From Balanoglossus misakiensis (Eukaryota > Animalia > Hemichordata), in assembly GCA_040954595.2 (NCBI GenBank), contig JBECUI020000026.1:186001-250000 (forward strand): a stretch of DNA of 64,000 nucleotides. The letters are read 5' to 3'. The notes under the pieces were generated by a model. The model ran no database searches. It was not told where the DNA came from and worked only from the letters and a program-made list of their open reading frames with translations. Made by a program: the position numbers and the translations under genes. Each line of letters starts with the position of its first letter. Position 1 is the first letter of the stretch. Shown in pieces: positions 53,587-62,019 of the stretch.

Positions 53587-53708
53587 ATTGGTGGACTTTC
53601 TGCAAAGCATGATGGGATGATATAATGCCATTCTGATTGGATGACTGAAAAAAAAGAGGTAGTTGATTGGGTGATTTGAAATTATGCAAATGAGATGTGA
53701 CTATAAAG
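53587..53708 (+). promoter_or_regulatory. Pol II promoter: three inverted CCAAT boxes, an octamer and a TATA box
   Basis: ATTGG at 53587, 53636 and 53666; ATGCAAAT at 53684-53691; TATAAAG at 53702-53708; ATG at 53770. Confidence 0.7.
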
Positions 53709-53769
53709 AGATCGGGGCCACTCAGGGGCCTCATTTGAGCTCTGACTGTCGAGCAGTGTACATACAGCT

Positions 53770-54294
53770 ATGGCTACTCCAGATGTTTCACCAACACTGT
53801 GCAACCAGGGATGGCGCAAATGCTATTCTGTAAGGGCCAGCATGCCATATTACTTTAATGTGAAGACGAGTGAAAGTCGCTGGACCCCACCAGATGTCCC
53901 TGAACGTGGAGTCACTCCCCCTGGCAGTCCCAGCCCACCCGAGCCTACCCAGGAACCACCAGCAACGCCCACCCTCTTTGATTCTCCAAGCACAGAGGCC
54001 TCACTGAGCCAACCCACCAACTCCCAACCAGACAACAGAGATGCCAACGTCCAAACAGGTGAGCGGGAGTTTCATTTCACACTGCGAGAAACAGATACCT
54101 CTGCCAGAATGGTGTGTGTCAAGGCTTACAAGGGTTATGTATACGTCGGCATTCGTGACTACTTTAGACAGTCCGCCACTGGAAAGCTGATACCAACCAA
54201 GAAAGGCATTAATTTGAGACTAGACGAGTGGAGTCAGTTGAAATGTATGCTGAGATGTGTGGATGATGCTGTCAAGACACTGAATTGTGACTGA
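53770..54294 (+). CDS. WW domain - Pro/Ser/Thr linker - PC4 (Sub1/p15) ssDNA-binding coactivator fusion protein
   Basis: GWRKCYSVRASMPYYFNVKTSESRWTPP is a WW domain. RMVCVKAYKGYVYVGIRDYF...PTKKGINLRLDEWSQLK...VDDAVKTL matches the PC4 signature. Confidence 0.88.
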   Translation: MATPDVSPTLCNQGWRKCYSVRASMPYYFNVKTSESRWTPPDVPERGVTPPGSPSPPEPTQEPPATPTLFDSPSTEASLSQPTNSQPDNRDANVQTGEREFHFTLRETDTSARMVCVKAYKGYVYVGIRDYFRQSATGKLIPTKKGINLRLDEWSQLKCMLRCVDDAVKTLNCD

Positions 54295-54817
54295 AACCGT
54301 CTCACACCCAGTTCCTGTTTCGTTTATTCCAGAGTATATGCCACCCTCTTGCCCAAATGATTTGGACAGAAAAGTAGCCCGGAAGCTTCTTAAATACATT
54401 TATGCTAAATGTATTGCAACGGAAGTGGATAAGATCATCAGCGAGAATTGTGAGGGATGCCAACATGACTATCTGTCACAGAGAGAGCACGAATGCTTGT
54501 ATTACGGTGCCACACCTGCCGGAAAGAGGGAAGTGATTACCCGACATTTTGGAACAGCAGCAGAGAGGGTAAACCTACATATGGTGGAGAATTGTTTCTT
54601 GACCATGGCTGCGACTGCTGACATCAACATGGAACATGGCTCCCCCTTTGGATTGATGGATGTTGATGAACTTTTACAATTGCTGATGTACAGATGGGCT
54701 GACGATCCGGAGGAGTGTTTTGAAGCCTTATCGGACAACATCACCGTGTACGGAATGATACTATGCAACGACATTATTGAATCAATGCCCACAACCAGCC
54801 AGTCTTCCAGCTGTTGA
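54287..54817 (+). CDS. Uncharacterised Cys/His-motif accessory protein (start uncertain; first ATG at ~54338)
   Basis: Open frame of 176 codons with a putative Zn-binding motif CEGCQHDYLSQREHEC and an acidic C-terminus. It overlaps the stop of the upstream gene. Confidence 0.7.
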   Translation: MTETVSHPVPVSFIPEYMPPSCPNDLDRKVARKLLKYIYAKCIATEVDKIISENCEGCQHDYLSQREHECLYYGATPAGKREVITRHFGTAAERVNLHMVENCFLTMAATADINMEHGSPFGLMDVDELLQLLMYRWADDPEECFEALSDNITVYGMILCNDIIESMPTTSQSSSC

Positions 54818-55183
54818 CTTTTTTTTTTTGCTTGAAATTTGTGTTTTCATTGCTGTTGTTTCACGGACATTTAAAAAAAATGTAAATTGAATTCCCACTT
54901 TACTATTGTATTGTTACTTGTTTAAAGTGTTCATTGTTGGCTTTTAGAAATAAATTTAGCTTTCATCATTTTTAAAAAAGGAATCGGTTTCTTTTGTGAT
55001 GTTCTTGTTTGTGTGTGTCTGATGTGTGCTTGTACATAATAGGGAAATAATGTGACAAACAGAGCCTTAAATGACGTACAACACTTTCAGTTTAATATTC
55101 GTTTTATGAACTCCAATCAACAACACACCAAGAATAATAACACTGGAATACAACAAAAGTGCACCAATATAACACCAGAATAG
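54818..55183. terminator. Convergent 3' UTR / polyadenylation region
   Basis: Plus-strand AATAAA at 54949-54954 followed by a GT-rich tract; minus-strand ATTAAA at 55091-55096. Confidence 0.5.
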
Positions 55184-55687
55184 TTATTGAAACTGTGCAC
55201 GCAAAAAGTTAACATCGTGAACATCAAAGTCAAAACCAGTCATTTTCTCAATAATGTCATTCACTAAATAGTCATTAAAATTCAAATCTTCGGTAAACTG
55301 TTTCACAACATTGGCCATGGTCCAACCGCGGCATCGATGTAGCAAATAGTAGAGGACATACTGTCCGCATACTGAAGAAAGTGGTCCTTGGATTCGTTGT
55401 CCATTGTAGGTCCATCTATCACAGTTTCTGTTGAGAAACTTTTCAAAAGTGTTCGGCTTTGGTGGTTGGCCATATGAGTCAAAGTATTCTCCCCGATTGT
55501 CCCCGGGGAAAAAGAACGCCACCCAGTGTTTTCCAGGTCGAGTACTTGGATCCACGTTGGCAACATAAGCTGCTGGGAAAGTTTTCAGGCGTCTTTTCGG
55601 CAGTTGATCCGAGGCCCTGATTCCACCAAAGGTGGGCGATGTGTACCTATCGGTCTTCAGTATATGTGATAACGTGATGGTGTCCAT
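55184..55687 (-). CDS. Adenain-like cysteine (maturation) protease
   Basis: GKHWVAF, EYFDSYG and IQGPLSSVCGQY supply the His-Asp-Gln-Cys catalytic set. Likely ATG at 55687 (MDTITLS). Confidence 0.93.
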   Translation of the reverse strand: MDTITLSHILKTDRYTSPTFGGIRASDQLPKRRLKTFPAAYVANVDPSTRPGKHWVAFFFPGDNRGEYFDSYGQPPKPNTFEKFLNRNCDRWTYNGQRIQGPLSSVCGQYVLYYLLHRCRGWTMANVVKQFTEDLNFNDYLVNDIIEKMTGFDFDVHDVNFLRAQFQ

Positions 55688-55691
55688 GGTT

Positions 55692-57023
55692 CTAATAATC
55701 AAAGAGGACGTTTCGATCTCTGTCGATTTCGATGAGATTATCCAATTCCCCATACACCAGCAGGTTGACTGTGTTGGTGAGAGCCTGACTGAATTGTATT
55801 TCCAACCCTAGATTGCCTTCTTTGACCAGGTTTAAATGCCCTCCGTCTGCAGACAGGTCAGGTGTGAGATCGAAGGCAAACAGTGTGTATCCGTTGTCGT
55901 ATTCGGCTCGATTGACGTTGATCCCTTCGTCTCGACCCATTTTATTGGTTCCGCTGAAGAGAGAGTGGTAAGCCATGATGTAGTTCTGGCCTCCGTGCCA
56001 GGAGAAATCCGTCTTCAGGGGTTTACTCGGCACCTGCTTGCCTCCGATATTCAAGACGACCGATGTCATGTCGTAATGTCTGAATGTGAAAGGATTCTTT
56101 TTATAGGAACCGTTGAATGCATCGTTGTCCACCAGACCAATGATCACTCGTTTGGGTAGCTGTCCCAGAAATATGTGGTCTTTGTTGAAAGACATTGTGC
56201 CTCCGGGGATGGATAGCACTTTCATCACGCAGCGGTGTATGGGGTATTTGGCGGGAGCCTTTTTCAGTGCTTCGGCATGGCCCAAGAGTACAGACGGACT
56301 GACTTTTACTTTCCTGACCAGTAAAGTGGCCTCGGTGATCACGCCTTTGAAGCTTGCCTCTTCGGCAGAACTCATAAGGGAGAATGTGTTCTTGCTTCGA
56401 TTGAGTTTGAGACGCAATTCAACGCCATTCACGAGATATTTGGGTTGAAAGAAGAGGTCAGAGTGGATGGGTCCCACCATGTCGACAACTTTGCTGATAC
56501 GGGTAAAGCCATAGCGGTCCCTCAATCCGGTATTGGCTGCTGCTCCTGCTTTTGTGGGATCGGATTCATCCATTTGTATGTGGTAGTCTTTGTAGAAGAG
56601 GGCTGAAGTGAGCTGAGTTTGTTTAGCTTCTTGGCCGTAATTCAGCAATGTTTCTATCATTGCTCGGTAGGGATAGGTAGGGGAAGGATTGGATATCATT
56701 TTCCCATTGAGGTGGACGTCCACCTGGCTGAACAGTGAGTGCAGCCAGAGGTTCACAGGGCCGACGGGTGCATTTTCCTCAAGGTTGGTACCATCTGCGT
56801 TGGTAATTTTGGCCTTGATCAGGAGGAGTGTGGAAGAGAGATCCACGTAGTCTTCGCCCGTGCCTGAGATCACAAATTCAATAGGCCCTGATTCCACAAT
56901 GTGTGTCAGGGGATGGACTTCTTCCCAATGCCCCGATTCGACACTCGTCTGAGTCGGCGGAACGGTGAACAAGTCCAGTTCACTCTTTGTGCATTCACAA
57001 GAGTGTTCGTGAAGAAATGCCAT
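55692..57023 (-). CDS. Major capsid protein (double jelly-roll, hexon/PY)
   Basis: 443 aa from ATG 57023. Motifs SELDLFTVPPTQTS, GPIEF, PVNLWLHSLFSQVDV, YPYRAMIETLLNY, GQLPKRVIIGLVDN and GYTLFAFDLTPD are typical of Maverick MCP. Confidence 0.92.
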   Translation of the reverse strand: MAFLHEHSCECTKSELDLFTVPPTQTSVESGHWEEVHPLTHIVESGPIEFVISGTGEDYVDLSSTLLLIKAKITNADGTNLEENAPVGPVNLWLHSLFSQVDVHLNGKMISNPSPTYPYRAMIETLLNYGQEAKQTQLTSALFYKDYHIQMDESDPTKAGAAANTGLRDRYGFTRISKVVDMVGPIHSDLFFQPKYLVNGVELRLKLNRSKNTFSLMSSAEEASFKGVITEATLLVRKVKVSPSVLLGHAEALKKAPAKYPIHRCVMKVLSIPGGTMSFNKDHIFLGQLPKRVIIGLVDNDAFNGSYKKNPFTFRHYDMTSVVLNIGGKQVPSKPLKTDFSWHGGQNYIMAYHSLFSGTNKMGRDEGINVNRAEYDNGYTLFAFDLTPDLSADGGHLNLVKEGNLGLEIQFSQALTNTVNLLVYGELDNLIEIDRDRNVLFDY

Positions 57024-57039
57024 GGCGGTAGTGCGGATG

Positions 57040-57437
57040 TTAGTCAAAGATGTCGGGAGATCTTCTCTGTCGCTTGGCTGTGTTTGAAATGACACGTTTC
57101 GCCGAGGGCTTACGCTTTATACCCCTTGCCCTGTGGTCCAACACGAGTTCTTTTCCGGCCTGCATCAATCGCTTTTTCGCAGATGTTTTGATGTTGCGTC
57201 CACTCAGCGCATCCCCTGCAAGGTCCATACCCGTGCTCAACATCTTCCGACCGATGACTTTGGCACCCTGTTTCAGGAGAGGGGTGGCAGCACGGAAGAG
57301 TCCACCGAGGAGACCTCCCAAGCCGTACCCTCTCTGTAATGCTGCCCCCTGGAATGCTGCACCATTACCCACCTGATCCACATAAAAGTTCTTGTAGACT
57401 GCGGGTTACTTTCGTAGACTTTGCGTCTGTGCGTCAT
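57040..57437 (-). pseudogene. Small basic core/membrane-active protein (PW/cupiennin-like by synteny) with a 1-bp frameshift near 57404
   Basis: ATG 57437 gives MTHRRKVYESN; adding one C joins it to PAVYKNFYVDQVGNG...QRGYGLGGLLGGLFRAATPLLK with a basic C-terminus. Confidence 0.75.
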
Positions 57438-57443
57438 GATTGA

Positions 57444-57971
57444 CTACAGAAGAGTTGGACGTCGTTTTCTGAAAGCAAGTGTCACAATCACTCTCCCACT
57501 TTGAAATGGTACTTTGCGACCCGTTTCGTCTCTTATGTAGATTTCTACAGTGTCAAATTCGCGAGTTTTCATGGGCACAAAGTACGGCGTCTGGAAGGTC
57601 TTGTCGATGATGCTGCCATACGTTCCGTTGGTGTTGATGACTCTTAAAAGGGGAGCGTGTGTGTCGCCCACCAACTGGTCGTCTACTATGTCGCAGTAGA
57701 CGTACAAAAATGGGATACGATTCACATTTGACATGACAGCAGGCATCCTCCCGGCGCTATTAGAGGGGTCGTAAGTCGGAGGAGGAGGAGTGCTGTCTGC
57801 CACCTTGGGCCAAGAGAAGGGATAATGGATTTCCATCAGAGCCACTTCCCAATCACCCTCGAGTGAAATGCGTTTGGGTAATTTCACGGTGTAGTTGGTG
57901 AGCACATTGTCGGGAAAGTGATCCATGGACGCGTTACTTGGAAGTGTCAGGAAGAAAGGGTGTGAAGCCAT
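57444..57971 (-). CDS. Minor capsid protein (penton/PX), unusually short
   Basis: FFLTLPSNASM..FPDN...L.GDWEVAL.EI.YP and LYVYCDIV..QLVGD..APLLR...I.IRDETG..VPF..G.VIVTL.F. Confidence 0.88.
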   Translation of the reverse strand: MASHPFFLTLPSNASMDHFPDNVLTNYTVKLPKRISLEGDWEVALMEIHYPFSWPKVADSTPPPPTYDPSNSAGRMPAVMSNVNRIPFLYVYCDIVDDQLVGDTHAPLLRVINTNGTYGSIIDKTFQTPYFVPMKTREFDTVEIYIRDETGRKVPFQSGRVIVTLAFRKRRPTLL

Positions 57972-58020
57972 GTTGAACGTCGGAATGGCACTGACAATAC
58001 TTACATGTCATCAGTCCCTC

Positions 58021-59100
58021 TTATACTTTGGCTATGTCTGTCACCCAACTGTTAAATTTCGATGGCCAGCCAAACCACTTGACCAGGTATTCCGTCTTTC
58101 CCTTTCTCTTTCTTTTCTTGAGCACCTTTTCCACTCGAAAGACATCATCTTTCTTGTCCACCCGTTGCAATTCTTGCTCATAGAATGTGCCTTCTAACTC
58201 TTCACCGTCATAATCTGTCAACTTGTACAGAGGCGGTCTATCTGTGATCCTCTGAGCAACTGTGAAGATTTCTTCCGTCCAATTAGGTAAGTAGCCCTTC
58301 TTGAACATGCGTCTTGCTTTACTGATTCGCACTCGATCGCCAACGTTGTACTTGAATTTCACCACTTTTCCTTCAAAGTCACCGTAAAGAGTGTCCCACA
58401 CGTCTTGATCGTTCGTCTTGTTGACAGAAGAGGGTTTTCTCTTGATACTGCGGTGCCAAGTGTTGTTGTACGACAGCATCAACTGAGGAAGTATTGGCAA
58501 GTAGCTCAAAGTGTTGTTTCTGGTGAAATACTTCCACATCTTTGTTTTCAACGTGCGATTGAAACGCTCCACGACCGAGGCTTTGGTTTCATTGCCAGTG
58601 GTGAAAAAGTGAATACCCTCCTTCTTCAGAAATTGTTGAAACAAGTGGTTGACAAACTCTTTTCCTTGATCTGTTTGCAGTTTGTCTGGTTTTCGCCCAT
58701 CTTCCAATATCTGCTGGAAAGCAGATACCAGTGTGATTCCTCTTTTGTCTTTCAGAGGGATGGCCCAGGCATATTTAGAAAGGATGTCAATGCAGGTCAG
58801 TATGTATCTGTACCCACTGTTGTATTTTGACAGTGAGCTCACATCTGCCAAATCCGCCTGCCACTGCTGATCCATGCCGCCCACGATGACCCTGCCTCTA
58901 GGAAACTTCCACCTCACAGGTTTGTGGAGTGTGTACGTGTCTTGCTGCTGCATCCATTCCCTCACTTGCTGCCGTGTGGCCTTGATTCCTCTTTCCCTTA
59001 CAGCACGGTAAACAGCATCGATTCCTCCAAAACTTGCGGAATGACTTGGATCGTAATACACCTGACTCAGGTGCTGGTCCAGGTCCATCGATTTGGTCAT
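58021..59100 (-). CDS. Retroviral-like (rve) integrase with a C-terminal chromodomain
   Basis: QADLAD, TDQGKEF and VVERFNRTLK show an intact DDE triad. VEKVLKKR...EYLVKWFGWPSKFNSWV is a chromodomain. Likely ATG at 59100. Confidence 0.95.
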   Translation of the reverse strand: MTKSMDLDQHLSQVYYDPSHSASFGGIDAVYRAVRERGIKATRQQVREWMQQQDTYTLHKPVRWKFPRGRVIVGGMDQQWQADLADVSSLSKYNSGYRYILTCIDILSKYAWAIPLKDKRGITLVSAFQQILEDGRKPDKLQTDQGKEFVNHLFQQFLKKEGIHFFTTGNETKASVVERFNRTLKTKMWKYFTRNNTLSYLPILPQLMLSYNNTWHRSIKRKPSSVNKTNDQDVWDTLYGDFEGKVVKFKYNVGDRVRISKARRMFKKGYLPNWTEEIFTVAQRITDRPPLYKLTDYDGEELEGTFYEQELQRVDKKDDVFRVEKVLKKRKRKGKTEYLVKWFGWPSKFNSWVTDIAKV

Positions 59101-59243
59101 GTTGGACGACAATAGAACCAGCACAACATGCACAGAGGCACCTCACACGTTTAAGAATGTCACGCAGGGAAACAGAGGGTGGACAACACTCCATGACAGT
59201 AGCCAGTTTGAGAATGGTCGTCGTTTTGAAGTGCAGATTTCTT

Positions 59244-60023
59244 TTAAAACTGAACCCAACTCTTTGGGCGATGCCTAGGTTTCACGGGGGTTGAAATGAC
59301 TTTCTTTCGTTTGATGGGGAGCTGCTTCACATTTTCATCGTCAAATTCATCGTCATCACTGACTGCGTGACCCAGTGGTTTCGTCGCTTTCGCTGACTGC
59401 ATAAATTTCCACCTGTCTGCATTACCCACCAGATCTTGTGGTACGTTCATTGCCGAGAGCACTTGTGAAAACTGTTGCCATCCCGTAGGCGTGAAGGTTT
59501 TCCTTCTCCGCAACACGTCATTCACAAGGTCGACCATGTGTGTACCTGCCAAGGGATTTCCATCGTAGGTGAGTTCTCCTTTCTCATTCCAGGCAACAGC
59601 TTTGTGTTGCTTGATTTTTTGGAGAATCAGTTTCGCTTTCTTCTGGAGTGACTTTGGTACACTTTCAACCACGTCCCGTTCTACACTATCCATAGGAATT
59701 TCACTGTCTTGTTGTCCTTTCTCAGTCTGACCCGTACTGTCTTCCGATGATGTGGACGATATGGTGGCATTGGGGACAATACTGATTTTGACAGGTTCCT
59801 TCCTTTTGTCGCTGTAAGCTCTGTACTGTTGAAGAGTTTGCTGGTATAGTTTAGCTTTTTCATCCTCCGGTATGTCAGTTCGGTCTAAGACCTGCTGCAT
59901 TTCTTTGTCTAGTGATGTCAACATTTTGGTGACAGGATTAATCACCTGATTCTGTTGCGACTGAATTGTGTCTAGTAATTCCTGTGGCACCAGGGCCATC
60001 TTTTTGACGTGTTGCATGGACAT
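59244..60023 (-). CDS. Conserved Maverick protein (PZ-like by synteny), function unknown
   Basis: Intact 259-aa ORF between the ATPase block and INT. Motifs KKMALVP, WNEKGEL, P.GW..F...L...NVP..LVGN..RW. Confidence 0.75.
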   Translation of the reverse strand: MSMQHVKKMALVPQELLDTIQSQQNQVINPVTKMLTSLDKEMQQVLDRTDIPEDEKAKLYQQTLQQYRAYSDKRKEPVKISIVPNATISSTSSEDSTGQTEKGQQDSEIPMDSVERDVVESVPKSLQKKAKLILQKIKQHKAVAWNEKGELTYDGNPLAGTHMVDLVNDVLRRRKTFTPTGWQQFSQVLSAMNVPQDLVGNADRWKFMQSAKATKPLGHAVSDDDEFDDENVKQLPIKRKKVISTPVKPRHRPKSWVQF

Positions 60024-60031
60024 CTTGACAT

Positions 60032-60358
60032 CTATTTAAACAGGAGACTTCCCAAGGCAGACAGCACCGGTCCCAAGATGGCAGTGATGAATCCTCCCTT
60101 TTGAACAAGTAATTTTTTCTTCTTTGAAATCGGCACTTTTCTGTTGGCCAAAGTGCGAAGTTGATGTTTGTATTTGCCCAGTTTATTTCTTTGGCCAGAG
60201 GACAGAGGCACGCTTCCTTTCAAGATATTCAAACAACACTCGCTGATACAATGAATCAGGTCAGCACTGGCTCCTTCCACAATTCCCCTCTGTTGTTTGG
60301 AATTTCCTTTGCCTAACACGGAAAGGTAATGAGCGTGCTTTCTCATTCGCTGAGACAT
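60032..60358 (-). CDS. Small basic Maverick core protein (PM-like by synteny) with a C-terminal amphipathic peptide
   Basis: ECCLNILKG.VPL motif, Lys/Arg-rich, ends QKGG-FITAILGPVLSALGSLLFK. Confidence 0.8.
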   Translation of the reverse strand: MSQRMRKHAHYLSVLGKGNSKQQRGIVEGASADLIHCISECCLNILKGSVPLSSGQRNKLGKYKHQLRTLANRKVPISKKKKLLVQKGGFITAILGPVLSALGSLLFK

Positions 60359-60393
60359 GGTGAAATGATGAGACTTGATGCTGCCACACTCCT

Positions 60394-61038
60394 TTATGTT
60401 TTTCTGATATATACGAATGGAGTCTCTCCGGGGAAAACGTTGGTGCGGAGACGAAGGACTTCCGGTGTGTTAGGCTTCAGGTCAATAAAGAGGTATCCGT
60501 AGGATTCACGAGTAGCATCGATGAAAGATTCCTGGACAAATCGAGTATGTCCTGGATACATCTGTTTGGCAAGGTGAGTAATTTGTGAACCATCTCTTGG
60601 ATTTTTAAACAAGACCAAATAATGGGAATTTAAACTGATGGTGCGGATTTCTCTACCTCGATGGAATGCATTTTGTAGGATGAGTATCACAGAGAGGTTA
60701 CGGTGGTGAGAACCTTTGGTAAAGAGATCACTGATGGCTTTGTTATTTCCACTCTCTGTCATCAGATCATCTATAATCAGCAAGTTAGCACGGTGCGAAG
60801 AGATCATACTGTCCAAATCTGTAGAAATGCCATCAACAAAACGGATGCTTGGAATCAGAGATTTCAACTCAGTATAGGCTGGTTGATACTCCCCATAGCA
60901 CCAAACGATGTTTTCCGGTGGGGGAAATATCATAGTTTCCCTTTTCGTCAGTAACCTTTTCACAAACTGCGTTTTGCCTGATTGAGTAGGCCCACATATC
61001 AGGGCAGTGAAGGGGTGCTGCCATCTTATGTCCATCAT
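60394..61038 (-). CDS. A32/FtsK-HerA-family DNA packaging ATPase
   Basis: Walker A GPTQSGKT, Walker B LLIIDD, and SHHRNLSVILILQN. Confidence 0.95.
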   Translation of the reverse strand: MMDIRWQHPFTALICGPTQSGKTQFVKRLLTKRETMIFPPPENIVWCYGEYQPAYTELKSLIPSIRFVDGISTDLDSMISSHRANLLIIDDLMTESGNNKAISDLFTKGSHHRNLSVILILQNAFHRGREIRTISLNSHYLVLFKNPRDGSQITHLAKQMYPGHTRFVQESFIDATRESYGYLFIDLKPNTPEVLRLRTNVFPGETPFVYIRKT

Positions 61039-61064
61039 GTGCTGCTGTTACTAGCTGTCTCTTT

Positions 61065-61280
61065 CTATAGACGTGGTCGATCTTGTTTGTACAAGGCAGT
61101 GATGATTCTGACCAAGTCACGAATCAGTCGATGAGAATTGGATACTTCAGCTGATTTCAAAAATTGATGTCTTATTTCTTTATCTTCGATATTGTGCACC
61201 TGAACCAGGTGATTGGCAAGCCTCGATAGATGTTTGGCACGACAACCGGGATAGGGGCAATTTTTACGCACACTTGGCAT
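61065..61280 (-). CDS. Small C2H2 zinc-finger protein (start uncertain)
   Basis: CPYPGC...LSRLANHLVQVH; ATG at 61280. Confidence 0.65.
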   Translation of the reverse strand: MPSVRKNCPYPGCRAKHLSRLANHLVQVHNIEDKEIRHQFLKSAEVSNSHRLIRDLVRIITALYKQDRPRL

Positions 61281-61286
61281 AACGTC

Positions 61287-61288
<2 letters not shown>

Positions 61289-61320
<32 letters not shown>
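61289..61320 (-). repeat. Poly(A) run of ~32 nt on the minus strand
   Basis: A T homopolymer on the plus strand. Confidence 0.95.
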
Positions 61321-61873
61321 CTAGTCTCTTGTCTTCTTTCTCCTTGCCTTGATAGTCTTGTAGACAATATGGGGGAGTGAACCTAAATACAAGTAAAACA
61401 GTACTTTTGAAAAGAGGTGGTTTGTGACAATCCACTGCAGTGCTGAGTGCTGTTTGCAGGATGACACCCATGGTAGAAACTGAATAAGTCAGTGACTGTC
61501 AGGAACTCTTATACATCAGATCACTTTTGGAAGAGGGGGCCACCATTTTGACATGAGGGGCACAGGGGCCTGAACGGTTTTTTCATTCAATACGTCTCTT
61601 TGTGAAATAATAGAGTTGTTTGTGGCCCTTCGGGCAAAGGGGCCTTAAATAGGACCTATGGGGCAAACCTCTCATGACCATTCATCCAAACATTCATCCA
61701 ATCAAAACATAATTTTAAAGGACCAGTTCATTTCATTTTAAAATTTACCCAAGGTACTTTTTTTTTCTTTCTCGCCAATGACCGAGGGATCTTTAATAAA
61801 CATTTAATAAAATACAACAAGTCAAATAACAAACAATCTTAACATGAAAACCAAAACTCATGTGAAAGATGTA

Positions 61874-61952
61874 TGAACTCTGTTTCATCTTCCAAATTAG
61901 AATATATAAATTGTACTGAACTCTGTTTCATCTTCAAAATTAGAATATATAA
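61874..61952. repeat. 43-bp-period tandem duplication downstream of polB
   Basis: TGAACTCTGTTTCATCTTC(C/A)AAATTAGAATATATAA occurs at 61874 and 61917. Confidence 0.85.
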
Positions 61953-62019
61953 TTATTGTACAAATAACAAATTGAAAATTCACCGGGCATAAAGTTGTTT
62001 GTTTTGTTTAATTTGCTGC

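Noticed and set aside
53107-53734. Poly-Pro/Ser/Leu ORFs in three minus frames
   Set aside because: They are a by-product of the stop-free (CCT)n microsatellite.
55688-57095. N-terminal extensions of the protease (from 55753) and MCP (from 57095) in the ORF track
   Set aside because: They overlap upstream genes and use non-ATG starts. ATGs at 55687 and 57023 fit the family N-termini.
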